From a virus, in the IMG/VR virus record IMGVR_UViG_3300039452_000120: 64,000 nucleotides of DNA; one strand, written 5' to 3'. A model generated the notes under the pieces. That model was not told where the DNA came from. It made no database searches and was given only the letters and a program-made list of their open reading frames with translations. The translations under genes and the position numbers were made by a program. Of the stretch, positions 24,770-34,529 are shown in pieces; position 1 is the first letter of the stretch, and every line of letters starts with the position of its first letter.

Positions 24770-26470
24770 ATGTCTACAGAAATTATAAATAATTCTATAG
24801 GTAAGTCGTTGGATGACATTGATGTTGGCATAAAGCGACTTGAAGTAGAGCGAATGCTCACTATAGAAAAAGGCATGGCTTCTAATAACCCGGATGACAT
24901 AATGAAGTCCTATCAGGTGTTAGACCTTATTACCCGTAAGCATGAATCAAATCGAAAGTCTATTATTATAGACCCCAATGATTTTGGTTCATCTTTTGGC
25001 TATAAAGACAAGCCAATGTCTCTTAGCTATGATATGTTATACAATATGTCAAAAGTACCAATGGTTAATGCGGTAATTAAGACCCGTGTTAATCAGGTAG
25101 CCCGGTTCGCTGAACCTCAGCGTGATAAATACTCAATGGGGTTTGTTGTTCGTCGCAGACTTCGTCAAGGGGATTTAGACCGTCCTATGTCTAAAAAGGA
25201 TCAAAAAGAAGCCAACCGTATTGTAGATTTTATATTGAATTGCGGAAATGGTTTTTCCTTTGAAGGTGATCAGGATTTTGACACCTTTATTCGGAAGGTG
25301 ACGCTTGATAGCTTGCGTTATGATCAGATGTGCTTTGAGACTGTTTTTGATAAGAAAGGTGCACCGTATGCGTTTTATTCCACTGATGCTCAGACTATGC
25401 GTATAGCCGATACGTGGGATGATGATACGGTCATGACTAATAATCAGATTTGGGCTTACGGTCAAAAGAACAAGGTGTTGCCAATCAATTTGCGTAAAGC
25501 TATAAAGGGTTATTATCCGAATTACGTGCAAGTGATTGATGGGCAACCAATAAATGCTTTTTACCCATGGGAAATGTGCTTTGGTACACGCAACGCAAGC
25601 ACTTCAATCTATTCCAATGGGTACGGGTGCAGTGAGTTGGAAGAACTTGTATTAACAGTCACTTCTCTTATATGGGGTGAAGAATATAATCGTAGGTTCT
25701 TTAAACAAGGTTCTGTACCTAAAGGGCTTTTGCGTGTGTCAGGACAAATTAATGATACTAAGCTGGCTCAGTTTAAGCAGGAATGGAATGCTACAATGCG
25801 TGGGGTTTATAATGCTTGGAAAACACCAATACTCGAAGGGGAAAAAGTGGAGTGGGTAGACTTACAAAAGTCTAATAGCGACATGGAATATCATGCTTGG
25901 ATTGAGTTTCTTATTAAAGTAATATGTGCTGTATTTTGTATTGACCCCGCTGAAGTAAACTTTCCATTAGACGGGTCAGCTTCGTCGGGTGGTATAAAGT
26001 TTGGTGGTGATAATAAAGAACGCTTACAACAATCAAAAGACAAAGGGCTTTACCCTTTATTAAAGTTCATACAAATGAAGCTAAATCGTAGCATTGTTTG
26101 GCCAATGAACCCTGAATTTGAATTTGCTTTTGTTGGATTGAATACCATTGATGCTCAGACAGAGTTAGACATGGATATAAAGAAAGTTCAAAATTATGTA
26201 ACTGTAAATGAACTTCGTCGTGAAAAAGGAATGCCAGACATTGATGGGGGTGACATCATTCTCAATCCAGTTTACGCTTCACAATTGTTAGCTAAACAAC
26301 AGTTGGATCAAGCTAACGCAGCTAATGGCAAGCCTGATATGTTCGATATGACTGATTTACAGGGACAAGAAAACAATGAACGACCATCGGAACAAGATAA
26401 CATGATGGAAGAACCAATACAAAAAGCCTTTAACGAATACATAAACTCATTAAATAAGAAAGCAGCATGA
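24770..26470 (+). CDS. portal protein
   Basis: 566 aa; core EEYNRRFFKQGSVPKGLL...FKQEWNATMRGVYNAWKTPILEG...DMEYHAWIEFLIKVICAVFCIDPAEV is typical of portal proteins; acidic C-terminus. Confidence 0.8.
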   Translation: MSTEIINNSIGKSLDDIDVGIKRLEVERMLTIEKGMASNNPDDIMKSYQVLDLITRKHESNRKSIIIDPNDFGSSFGYKDKPMSLSYDMLYNMSKVPMVNAVIKTRVNQVARFAEPQRDKYSMGFVVRRRLRQGDLDRPMSKKDQKEANRIVDFILNCGNGFSFEGDQDFDTFIRKVTLDSLRYDQMCFETVFDKKGAPYAFYSTDAQTMRIADTWDDDTVMTNNQIWAYGQKNKVLPINLRKAIKGYYPNYVQVIDGQPINAFYPWEMCFGTRNASTSIYSNGYGCSELEELVLTVTSLIWGEEYNRRFFKQGSVPKGLLRVSGQINDTKLAQFKQEWNATMRGVYNAWKTPILEGEKVEWVDLQKSNSDMEYHAWIEFLIKVICAVFCIDPAEVNFPLDGSASSGGIKFGGDNKERLQQSKDKGLYPLLKFIQMKLNRSIVWPMNPEFEFAFVGLNTIDAQTELDMDIKKVQNYVTVNELRREKGMPDIDGGDIILNPVYASQLLAKQQLDQANAANGKPDMFDMTDLQGQENNERPSEQDNMMEEPIQKAFNEYINSLNKKAA

Positions 26471-26742
26471 GACCTGGACAAAGAATACATTATCCTGTAA
26501 CCAAAATTTTAGGTTTAAATGAATTACCTGAAGCTTACATAGAAGCTTTACCAGTAGATGGTAGCGGTAATACAGTAACTTATTTTGGTTATTCAGGCTT
26601 GGGTGTGAAAGAAACTGATAACGCTTGGTTAATTGTAAGGAAAACTGTAAATGGTAATATTACCAAATACGAGTATCCTAACAGCTCAATGGAATTTGTA
26701 AATGCGTGGTCTAACCGCGCAACTTTAGCTTATTCACGATAA
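26467..26742 (+). CDS. hypothetical protein
   Basis: 91-aa ORF overlapping the portal stop (ATGA). Confidence 0.5.
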   Translation: MRPGQRIHYPVTKILGLNELPEAYIEALPVDGSGNTVTYFGYSGLGVKETDNAWLIVRKTVNGNITKYEYPNSSMEFVNAWSNRATLAYSR

Positions 26743-26744
26743 TT

Positions 26745-27368
26745 ATGACAACTCAACCTTCTGTAATAAGTGCAATAGCGAAGTCCATTGGATTGGATTA
26801 CGCTATTTTTATGGCTTTCATAATGACGGAAAGCAGTGGACAAGGATTTGATCCAGCTACGGGTAAAATCATAATCCGTTTTGAAGCGAGTTGGTTTTTG
26901 AGGAAGTTAGACTTATTCCATATTCCGTATCAGGCAACACCTATATATACAGATGGTACTAAGACGAAAATAGCAAGTTATATCATAACAGCTGCTGAGA
27001 TAACTTTCACTACAAGTACAAAAGATCAAGCAGCAAACTGGGCTTCTTTTAATAACGCTTGGAAAATTAGTCACACTTGTGCTATGCTTTCTACAAGTTG
27101 GGGAGCAATGCAAGTAATGGGCTTTAATTACGCTGCTTGTGGTTTTAAGACGGTGGATGATATGGTTACCGCTATGCATACTGAAGTTGGTCAAATTACA
27201 GCTGCTGCTTCTTTCATACAACACACACCATCCTTACTGAATGCTTTAAAGGCTCGTAATTATCAGCGTTCTGCGTATTTCTACAATGGTGAAAACTATA
27301 GAGAAAACAATTACGATGTTACATTACAAAAATGGGATAACTACTATTCAAAACAGAACGTAGCATGA
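26745..27368 (+). CDS. N-acetylmuramidase-family peptidoglycan hydrolase (endolysin)
   Basis: MTESSGQGF...IIRFE...STSWGAMQVMGFNYAACGF...NGENYRENNYDVTLQ follows the DUF3380/muramidase pattern. Confidence 0.75.
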   Translation: MTTQPSVISAIAKSIGLDYAIFMAFIMTESSGQGFDPATGKIIIRFEASWFLRKLDLFHIPYQATPIYTDGTKTKIASYIITAAEITFTTSTKDQAANWASFNNAWKISHTCAMLSTSWGAMQVMGFNYAACGFKTVDDMVTAMHTEVGQITAAASFIQHTPSLLNALKARNYQRSAYFYNGENYRENNYDVTLQKWDNYYSKQNVA

Positions 27369-28126
27369 AACAAATTGGTACTAAAATATGGCAGTTTATG
27401 ACGGGTGGTCTTTTGCCGTGGTTTATTTTATTGTTGATAGGCTTTTTAGTATTACTTACTTTGTATCTTCGGAAGTCAAAGCAAGCTAATGAGTATAATG
27501 ATAACAATAAAACGTTGGCTGATAGCTTGCATACTTCGCTTGATCGTAATAATGAACAAATTGCTACCATACGCTCTTTTTCAGTGTTGAAGGCTTCGGA
27601 TTTGTCTCAAATTGTTACAAAAGATAGTACCATAAACTTGTTAAAGCATTTTGTTGATTCATTGCAAAAAGCAAAAACACGTGTTGTAACTGCCACTGTT
27701 GTAAAAACGGTAACTGTTGAATCAGGGTCTTCTAAAACACGAATACTGAATAAACCTGTAAACTTGTTAGATAGTGTCAAGAACCGAATAACGTATTGGC
27801 CTGTCTATTTTTCTCAGTGGAATGAAAAGTGGAGTTATGGTAGCATCACTGCCACTAAGGACAGTATTACTCGAAATATACACATTCATAATGAGTACGA
27901 AACGAGCGTAAACTATACAAGGAAGAACATTTTCAGTCCGTGGATACCAACTGTAATGATTAAAAACATCAACCCTTACAGTACGACCACTGATTTGCGT
28001 TCAGTCTTGGTATCACCAAAAGCAACAAGGTGGGGAATTGGAGCAAGTTTAATAGGAACTTATATTAATGGTGGGATTAAACCCGTTTTTGGTGTAGGAA
28101 TAAACTACAATTTATTTACATTCTAA
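27365..28126 (+). CDS. N-terminally membrane-anchored protein
   Basis: One N-terminal TM (LLPWFILLLIGFLVLLTLYL); beta-rich C-terminus ending GVGINYNLFTF; ATGA overlap with the muramidase gene. Confidence 0.5.
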   Translation: MKQIGTKIWQFMTGGLLPWFILLLIGFLVLLTLYLRKSKQANEYNDNNKTLADSLHTSLDRNNEQIATIRSFSVLKASDLSQIVTKDSTINLLKHFVDSLQKAKTRVVTATVVKTVTVESGSSKTRILNKPVNLLDSVKNRITYWPVYFSQWNEKWSYGSITATKDSITRNIHIHNEYETSVNYTRKNIFSPWIPTVMIKNINPYSTTTDLRSVLVSPKATRWGIGASLIGTYINGGIKPVFGVGINYNLFTF

Positions 28127-28365
28127 TGTTTGTGAATGAGGACAATATTGGTCAGATTACGAAGGCTATCGTAGCGAAGGCTTTAAGGAATATGGAAAAA
28201 CCAAAGGATGAGCCACGTTATAAGACCATTATTCAATATGAACGAGATTTTAAAATTGTATATGCCACTGGATTAAGTTCTGTATTGAAAGTGGCTTTTG
28301 ATAAATATAAGAAAGAATTGGTTAGCGATGTTATTAACGCCAGACAAAATACAGGAAATACTTGA
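28126..28365 (+). CDS. hypothetical protein
   Basis: 79-aa ORF, TAATG coupled. Confidence 0.4.
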   Translation: MFVNEDNIGQITKAIVAKALRNMEKPKDEPRYKTIIQYERDFKIVYATGLSSVLKVAFDKYKKELVSDVINARQNTGNT

Positions 28366-29251
28366 TATATTTGACAATTTTCATGTATTGTTTATTGCTA
28401 ACCAAGTTGGTACTGATATATTAACTCCAAATGATTTAGCAGTTCTTGCTAAACACGGTGTAGACATTTCCAATATTGTAGATGTGGAAGGGAAAGTTAC
28501 AGATGCCTTTAAATTTGGCTTATTAGCTGAAGCTTTGGGAAATAAAGCTGCTAAAAAACTGGATTACAAAAGCTTTTTGAAATTTGTAGAATCAGGGAAG
28601 TTCTTACCATTGACTGATGCAGAGCAGAATGCTTTGAGGATGCTTAAATTTCAAGCCTATAATGATATAAAAGGTCTGAGTAATAGGATTAGCCAAGATT
28701 TTGTACAAATCTTGATAGATAGTGAAAAAACTCAACGGGTAAAATATGAGAAAACTATACAAGATGAAGCTGCTCAGGTTGTACTTATGCGCGAAACTCA
28801 GAATGACCTTGCTTCACGACTTGGACACAAAACGCAAGATTGGACAAGGGATTTTGACCGTATCGCTGACTACGTGCTACACTCAGCGTTTGACTATGGA
28901 AAGGCAGAACAAATCTTCAAGACATATGGTGAGAATGCGGAAGTCTATAAATCTGTCTATAAGGGAGCGTGCAAGCATTGTATAGCAGCATATTTAACTG
29001 ATGGATTAGGTAGTGAACCTAAGATATTTAAGCTAAAGGAATTGTTAGCTAATGGCAGTAATATTGGGCGAAAGGTAGCTGATTGGTTGCCTGTAATTGG
29101 CCCACATCACCCTTGGTGTCGTTGCGAACTTTGTGGTAAACCTGAAAATAGGCTTTGGAATCAACAAGCACAAGATTTTACAACTATTGTACGAAATAAT
29201 TATGGTGTTAAACGCAATAGCAAGGTCAAAGTAACCATAACCAAAGAGTAA
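28328..29251 (+). CDS. MuF / SPP1 gp7-like head morphogenesis protein
   Basis: C-terminal GPHHPWCRCEL motif typical of Mu F-like minor head proteins; trimmed to ATG 28328. Confidence 0.6.
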   Translation: MLLTPDKIQEILDIFDNFHVLFIANQVGTDILTPNDLAVLAKHGVDISNIVDVEGKVTDAFKFGLLAEALGNKAAKKLDYKSFLKFVESGKFLPLTDAEQNALRMLKFQAYNDIKGLSNRISQDFVQILIDSEKTQRVKYEKTIQDEAAQVVLMRETQNDLASRLGHKTQDWTRDFDRIADYVLHSAFDYGKAEQIFKTYGENAEVYKSVYKGACKHCIAAYLTDGLGSEPKIFKLKELLANGSNIGRKVADWLPVIGPHHPWCRCELCGKPENRLWNQQAQDFTTIVRNNYGVKRNSKVKVTITKE

Positions 29252-32200
29252 TGGAGAAGAAATACAAATTTTATGACAAAAAGAACCTTGGCTATAAACG
29301 CCACGAGTTGCCTCAGATTGATGAGGACAGCATAGATGAGTTCTTGATATATTTTGCAGGTAAGGTGAAGGTGTCTAAGCTTAAGATGGCTTTAGATCGA
29401 ATTAAGCCGACTCAAGATGAAATCAATGAAGATAAGGTAAAAGGCATGATAGATAGTGGGTATGATTGGAAAGGTCGTATCTACATTGTATCATCAGATA
29501 ATTATCTGCTTGATGGTCATCATGGTTACGCAATGGGTCTTGAAGAAGACCCGGACGCTGAAGTAACGGTATATCGTATCAATATACCAATGAAGCAATT
29601 AATAGCACGTTCTAATAAGCTAAAAATCACTCATAAGGTTGATGTAAATGATGATTTAGTGAAGTCTGAAATGTTGTGCGATTTGATAGAGAAAGGTCAC
29701 ATGATTGTTACTGATTTAGCTTTAGAAGAACAGCTTGAATATGTATATGAAGAATTTGGTTTTGAAAAAGCTATACCAACTCACCTTGTAAAAAAAGTAA
29801 TAGTCAATAAGGAAGGTCATACACAAACTGTATATATTGACCCTAACAAAGACAATAAAATTTACGATTTTCATAAGCATCCTTACACTGGGACTCATCC
29901 AGTTTTCGCTGAGAATGTTACTAATGCTGTTAAACAAGTATTGGAAAGTAAGGGTGAAAAACTTAAGTTGGTTACTAAGCCTTATGATAGTAAGGTGGCT
30001 TATATAACAGCTAAACAGGATGGAAGCCCAAATGAGGCAGCTGTTGTTGAGTGGTATAAGACTAAGAATTTCAATAAAACAGGGGTTATTGGTATAAAGC
30101 ATGGTGGAAAAATACACGAAAAGAAGATAGCTAACCACGAAGATGAATTAGCAGCTGAAAAAGAATATCTTGAAAACATCGACATAGCACGCAAGAAAGG
30201 ACAGGCACTGGCAGATAAAATCGAAGCCACGACGAGTGGAGACGGGGGATTGCAAAATTTTGGTGGTTTTAGTGTCGGAGATCACGTAACCTTCGAGGAT
30301 GCAGGCGAGAAGATAAGCGGTAAGATAACAGGGCTTAAATATCACGAAAAGTATGATAAATTTGGTACTGCTATTGTTACTACAGAAGACGGCAAGAAGT
30401 ATTCACGCAGTTTAAAGAAAGTGCAATTTACTGCAGTTCCTGTTAAAGGTGTTGAAGCAGCAGCACAGAAGCTTGCTGAGGCTATGAAAGGAAATCAGAA
30501 TGCTAAGAAAGATACGACAACTGTATCTAAAATTACAGACAACTTAAAGTTTATTCAGTCATTAGGTGGTAGCAATGGTGCTCAACTGTTGGAGAGTGAA
30601 GACGGCAAGCATAAATATGTTGTAAAAACTCTTAAGAATGAAGTAGCACAAAATGAGGCGAACGCTAATTGGATATACAAATCATTTGGGATAGCTGTCC
30701 CAGATACTATTCATGTGGGTGATAAACTTTTAACAACTTATATACCCAACACAGTAAATCTAAAACAATACCTTGCTTCAGCAACCATAATTGATACTGG
30801 TAAGATTTACAAGCAGATAAAAGATGGTTTTGTTGCTGATGCTTTGTTGGGTAATTGGGATGTTGTTGGATTGGATGAGGATAATATGGTAGTTGATCCA
30901 GCTACTAAAAAGTTGTACCGAATAGATAATGGTGGTGCATTGTTCTATCGTGCTCAGGGGGCTGCTAAAGGGGATGAGTTTAAAGATACAGTGATTGAAC
31001 TGGATACCTTGCGCGACCCAAAGAAAAATCCACAAACTGCTAAATTTTTCAAGGGTGTAACTGATGCTGACATAGCTGCTCAGGTTAAGCACATCTTAGA
31101 AAATAAAGCCATCTACCTGCAATATGCCGCGATATTAGGTGGGGATAAAGAGCAAAAGATGCTCAAAAGGCTGTCTTATCTTGAAACTAAATACAATACT
31201 GATATTAAGCCGTCTGCTAAAGCTGAAGGTTATCATAAGAACGGTTTATATAAGAAAACAGGTATCGAAAAAATAGACAATTTGTACGATAAAATTGACG
31301 AAGCTATGGCTTTAACTGAAGCTGATTATGCATTCATTGAATCTGATACAATGTCGTCTGACCGCAGTGGTGCTAAGAACTTAGCTGGTGTTAAGGATGG
31401 TGCTTCTGATATGTCTACTTGGGTAAAAAAGGCTTTACAAGCAGGTGCAACTCCATTAGAAATGTACTGTATTCAAATGTATACTGGTGGTTCATATAAA
31501 AGTATGAATGATGCATTGGTGAACGTGACTAATGTACAAACTGCTAATATCAACCCGGATAAGCTAATCTTTAAGAAACAGCATCAAAATACTAACAAAG
31601 TAACACATGATGTTTTGGTGCAAGCTAATGTTACTAAGCATCCTAAAGACGTGTTTTATCAAACGTTGTTAGATGCTGCCAAGACGGTTAATCATCATAA
31701 AGAAGATAAGCAATATAATATGGCCAAAATTACTGCTTTGAAGGCACAATTGGTGAGCTTAGACGGTATATTAAAGGATGTTGAAAAGAATAAAACTAAA
31801 TATAATCCTTCGGACGTACATATGATGCAGTATTATTTCCACGCTTCTAAGAATGTATTAGATGCTAAGGAAATGCAAAAAGAAGCACCAAAGGTTGCTC
31901 AATATGAACTTACAGGTGACATGCATAAAAAACATAATGCATTTGTTGAAAAATTGACGTCTAAAAATAAGAAAGAGAACAAGCCGTCTGAGTCGTTAAA
32001 AATTAACACTAAATTGGATGCATTAGTGTCAAACGATGATAAAAGGTGGTTAGCGAGGGTTAAGCTGCTTACCAGTGGATTAGCTAAGTTGGAGAAACAT
32101 GATGATTTTCACTATAAAGGCAATGTGTATCGTAAGATTACAGCTTGGGAAGAAAATGAAGGCGATATACAAGCATTCAAGGACATTCATCATGAGCATG

Positions 32201-32427
32201 CTAATGTAATATGGCAGCGTAATAACAGTACCTCTAAGAAATCAAGCACTTGGAGTGGTGATATAAAGTTTGAGATTAAACAACATTTAGGTGTAGACGT
32301 GCAAGCTATTTCTCATCATGACAGTGAGGAAGAAGTGATGTTGAAGCCGTTTACCTGCATCAAAGTTAACAAAGTTAGTACTACTGCTGGTGGCAGCACT
32401 TTCTATGAAGTAGAACAATTAGGATAA
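29251..32427 (+). CDS. polyvalent protein: ParB-like domain + kinase-like domain + ADP-ribosyltransferase
   Basis: ParB-like IKPTQDEI...LLDGHHGY. Kinase-like GSNGAQLL..KYVVK..LLGNWDVVGLDEDN..YRIDNGG. ART R-S-E pattern YTGGSYKSMNDAL / NVYRKI / NNSTSKK / SEEEVMLKP. Confidence 0.65.
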   Translation: MEKKYKFYDKKNLGYKRHELPQIDEDSIDEFLIYFAGKVKVSKLKMALDRIKPTQDEINEDKVKGMIDSGYDWKGRIYIVSSDNYLLDGHHGYAMGLEEDPDAEVTVYRINIPMKQLIARSNKLKITHKVDVNDDLVKSEMLCDLIEKGHMIVTDLALEEQLEYVYEEFGFEKAIPTHLVKKVIVNKEGHTQTVYIDPNKDNKIYDFHKHPYTGTHPVFAENVTNAVKQVLESKGEKLKLVTKPYDSKVAYITAKQDGSPNEAAVVEWYKTKNFNKTGVIGIKHGGKIHEKKIANHEDELAAEKEYLENIDIARKKGQALADKIEATTSGDGGLQNFGGFSVGDHVTFEDAGEKISGKITGLKYHEKYDKFGTAIVTTEDGKKYSRSLKKVQFTAVPVKGVEAAAQKLAEAMKGNQNAKKDTTTVSKITDNLKFIQSLGGSNGAQLLESEDGKHKYVVKTLKNEVAQNEANANWIYKSFGIAVPDTIHVGDKLLTTYIPNTVNLKQYLASATIIDTGKIYKQIKDGFVADALLGNWDVVGLDEDNMVVDPATKKLYRIDNGGALFYRAQGAAKGDEFKDTVIELDTLRDPKKNPQTAKFFKGVTDADIAAQVKHILENKAIYLQYAAILGGDKEQKMLKRLSYLETKYNTDIKPSAKAEGYHKNGLYKKTGIEKIDNLYDKIDEAMALTEADYAFIESDTMSSDRSGAKNLAGVKDGASDMSTWVKKALQAGATPLEMYCIQMYTGGSYKSMNDALVNVTNVQTANINPDKLIFKKQHQNTNKVTHDVLVQANVTKHPKDVFYQTLLDAAKTVNHHKEDKQYNMAKITALKAQLVSLDGILKDVEKNKTKYNPSDVHMMQYYFHASKNVLDAKEMQKEAPKVAQYELTGDMHKKHNAFVEKLTSKNKKENKPSESLKINTKLDALVSNDDKRWLARVKLLTSGLAKLEKHDDFHYKGNVYRKITAWEENEGDIQAFKDIHHEHANVIWQRNNSTSKKSSTWSGDIKFEIKQHLGVDVQAISHHDSEEEVMLKPFTCIKVNKVSTTAGGSTFYEVEQLG

Positions 32428-32741
32428 TGAACATATTAACACTAAAATACCGGGACAAAGACTATGAAATTGTAGAGGACTTTCCAGACCAGATGATGTT
32501 ACTTCGTCAGATAATAGGTGACCTGCCTACTGATGAGCAGCTTAAGGCTGTTAAACATTATATTGGTGAGGGTGAAGGTGAAATGCGTGATATGATATCA
32601 GGCGCATTCTTAGCTGGGAACTTGTCTGGGGATGAGGATGACTTTCAGTCTAATATGCGTTTTACTCTATTAGAGGCACAATTCCCATTAGGTGAGCAGG
32701 TAACTGTATTGCGAGGTGCAGCAGGTTCAAACCAACTCTAA
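32427..32741 (+). CDS. hypothetical acidic protein
   Basis: 104-aa ORF, TAATG coupled. Confidence 0.5.
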   Translation: MNILTLKYRDKDYEIVEDFPDQMMLLRQIIGDLPTDEQLKAVKHYIGEGEGEMRDMISGAFLAGNLSGDEDDFQSNMRFTLLEAQFPLGEQVTVLRGAAGSNQL

Positions 32742-32753
32742 ATAGCCCAGAAG

Positions 32754-32764
32754 CAGTTATTCCA
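32754..32764 (+). promoter_or_regulatory. copy of recurrent motif CAGTTATTCCA, followed by palindrome CCAATCATTTGATTGG (32762-32777)
   Basis: Intergenic, 35 nt upstream of the protease/scaffold ATG. Confidence 0.35.
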
Positions 32765-32788
32765 ATCATTTGATTGGTATAAAATGCT

Positions 32789-34477
32789 ATGGCAAAAAAC
32801 AATAAAAAAGACCGTTTCGTGTTTTGGATGCCCTGTGAAATTGAGAAGGGTGGCAAGAGCGATAAACCTGAAGAACGAGTGATGCGCCTTAAGGGGATTG
32901 CGTCAACCAATGATCGTGATTCAGATGGGGAAGTGTTAGACCCAGATGGTTTTGATTTATCTTTCTTTAAAAGTAGTGGAATGGTAAATTGGCATCATCA
33001 GGCTAAAGACCGTCCTATGGCTAATATCGGTGAGCCTGAAAAAGCTGAAATCCAACCCAAAGGATTATATGTAGAGTGCTTGCTCTACCCCGGCTCACCT
33101 TTAGCAAACGAAGTATTTGATTTAGCGGAATTGCTGGAGAAAAACTCCAAAACGCGTAGATTGGGCTTTTCTATTGAAGGAAAAGTCTTGGAACGTGACC
33201 CGTTGGATGATAATCACATTACTAAGTCTAAAATCACTGGGTTGGCCGTTACTCATATTCCTAAAAATCCTGCTACACTTTGTGAAATAATGAAAGGGGA
33301 GCGTAACGGCTTCGATATGGAGTGGGATGAAGAGAACATTTGGAAGGCTGAAGATGAGGACGATGGCACAGAAAATGGTAGTGGTAATGGGATTGAAGAA
33401 GGAGAAAAACCTACTATTGTAAAAGACGATGTTGGTAATGGGGACATGGGTAACCAAGAAATGAATGGGGAAGAAGAACTGGAAGCTGCTGAGAAGGCAT
33501 TAGATACTACCACAGGAAAACCTTTGATAAAGGAATCACTTGATCCACAGCTTAAACCAACTTGCTTAAGTAAGGGAGAGGTATTTGATCGGATATTTGC
33601 TCAGTTTCCAACTATAAGTATTCCAAACTCCAAACAAGTTTACACAATTATTGAAAAAGTCGCAGAAGACATGAATACAAAAACTCAAATTACTGCCGAA
33701 GCCATTCAAAAGGCTTTCGACATTTTGGGACTGCCTGGAGCAGGCTCAAATGACATCAACAAAGCCGAAGGTGGTTTCACTTCTACTGATGCACCTTCTG
33801 TAGCTGGTATGGCTGCCGCCAATGGTTCTCGTGAAGCCTTTTTTAAGGACATGGGAGACGGTAACTATAAGAAAATGTACAAAGGTGAAGCGGAAGACGG
33901 CTCAGAAGATGAGGAAGCTGACGACAAAGTGTATGTTAAAAAGGGTGATGAATATGAAGTAAAACCCGGTGAAGGTACTGGCTTGGAAAAAGCTCAAACC
34001 AATGAAATCGGTGCTTCAAATCCAACTGTTGAGATTGCTAAAGCATTCGGGGACGTTGTTACTGGATTGGCTAAGCAAAATGCTGAAATGTTTAAAGCCA
34101 TCGGTACAGTACTTCAAGGTGTTACTGAAACACAAAATCGTATCCTTGAACGTTTGGAAGGCATTGAATCTCAACCGGCAGCTGGTGTAGGACGTAAATC
34201 AGTAAGCAATGTGCGTGAGTTAGTGCGTCAGGGCTTCAACAAAGGTGATCAAAATGAGCTGGGCGAAGGCAATGAACAACGCGGTAATTCAAAGCAGTTA
34301 TCGTTGACTCAGAACAGACGAGAGATCATAAACTTGTTCAATAAACTGTCGTTCAACAAAGGTGAATTAGACCCATTCTATGGTCAGGCAGTTGTTCGCT
34401 ACGAGTCATCAGGTCAAATTCTTGAAGACGTTCGCCGGGCGATAAAGGACAGTGAAGGTATTACTTTCGTATCGTAA
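32789..34477 (+). CDS. HK97-family prohead protease fused to an acidic scaffold-like region
   Basis: N-terminal DRDSDGEVLDPDGF...VNWHHQ...LGFSIEGKV pattern of S78/U35 proteases; C-terminal 350 aa or so is D/E/G-rich and helical-looking. Confidence 0.65.
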   Translation: MAKNNKKDRFVFWMPCEIEKGGKSDKPEERVMRLKGIASTNDRDSDGEVLDPDGFDLSFFKSSGMVNWHHQAKDRPMANIGEPEKAEIQPKGLYVECLLYPGSPLANEVFDLAELLEKNSKTRRLGFSIEGKVLERDPLDDNHITKSKITGLAVTHIPKNPATLCEIMKGERNGFDMEWDEENIWKAEDEDDGTENGSGNGIEEGEKPTIVKDDVGNGDMGNQEMNGEEELEAAEKALDTTTGKPLIKESLDPQLKPTCLSKGEVFDRIFAQFPTISIPNSKQVYTIIEKVAEDMNTKTQITAEAIQKAFDILGLPGAGSNDINKAEGGFTSTDAPSVAGMAAANGSREAFFKDMGDGNYKKMYKGEAEDGSEDEEADDKVYVKKGDEYEVKPGEGTGLEKAQTNEIGASNPTVEIAKAFGDVVTGLAKQNAEMFKAIGTVLQGVTETQNRILERLEGIESQPAAGVGRKSVSNVRELVRQGFNKGDQNELGEGNEQRGNSKQLSLTQNRREIINLFNKLSFNKGELDPFYGQAVVRYESSGQILEDVRRAIKDSEGITFVS

Positions 34478-34529
34478 ACTAAACAACACAAGTATAAACA
34501 AAGCAATTAACAAATTTTAAATTAGCCAT

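Noticed and set aside
29722-30138. 138-aa minus-strand ORF (and neighbours 30000-30230 and 30148-30345) inside the polyvalent protein gene
   Set aside because: They are antisense to a motif-bearing 1058-aa ORF, and their Phe/Ile/Leu-rich composition is typical of antisense reading of Lys/Glu-rich coding sequence.
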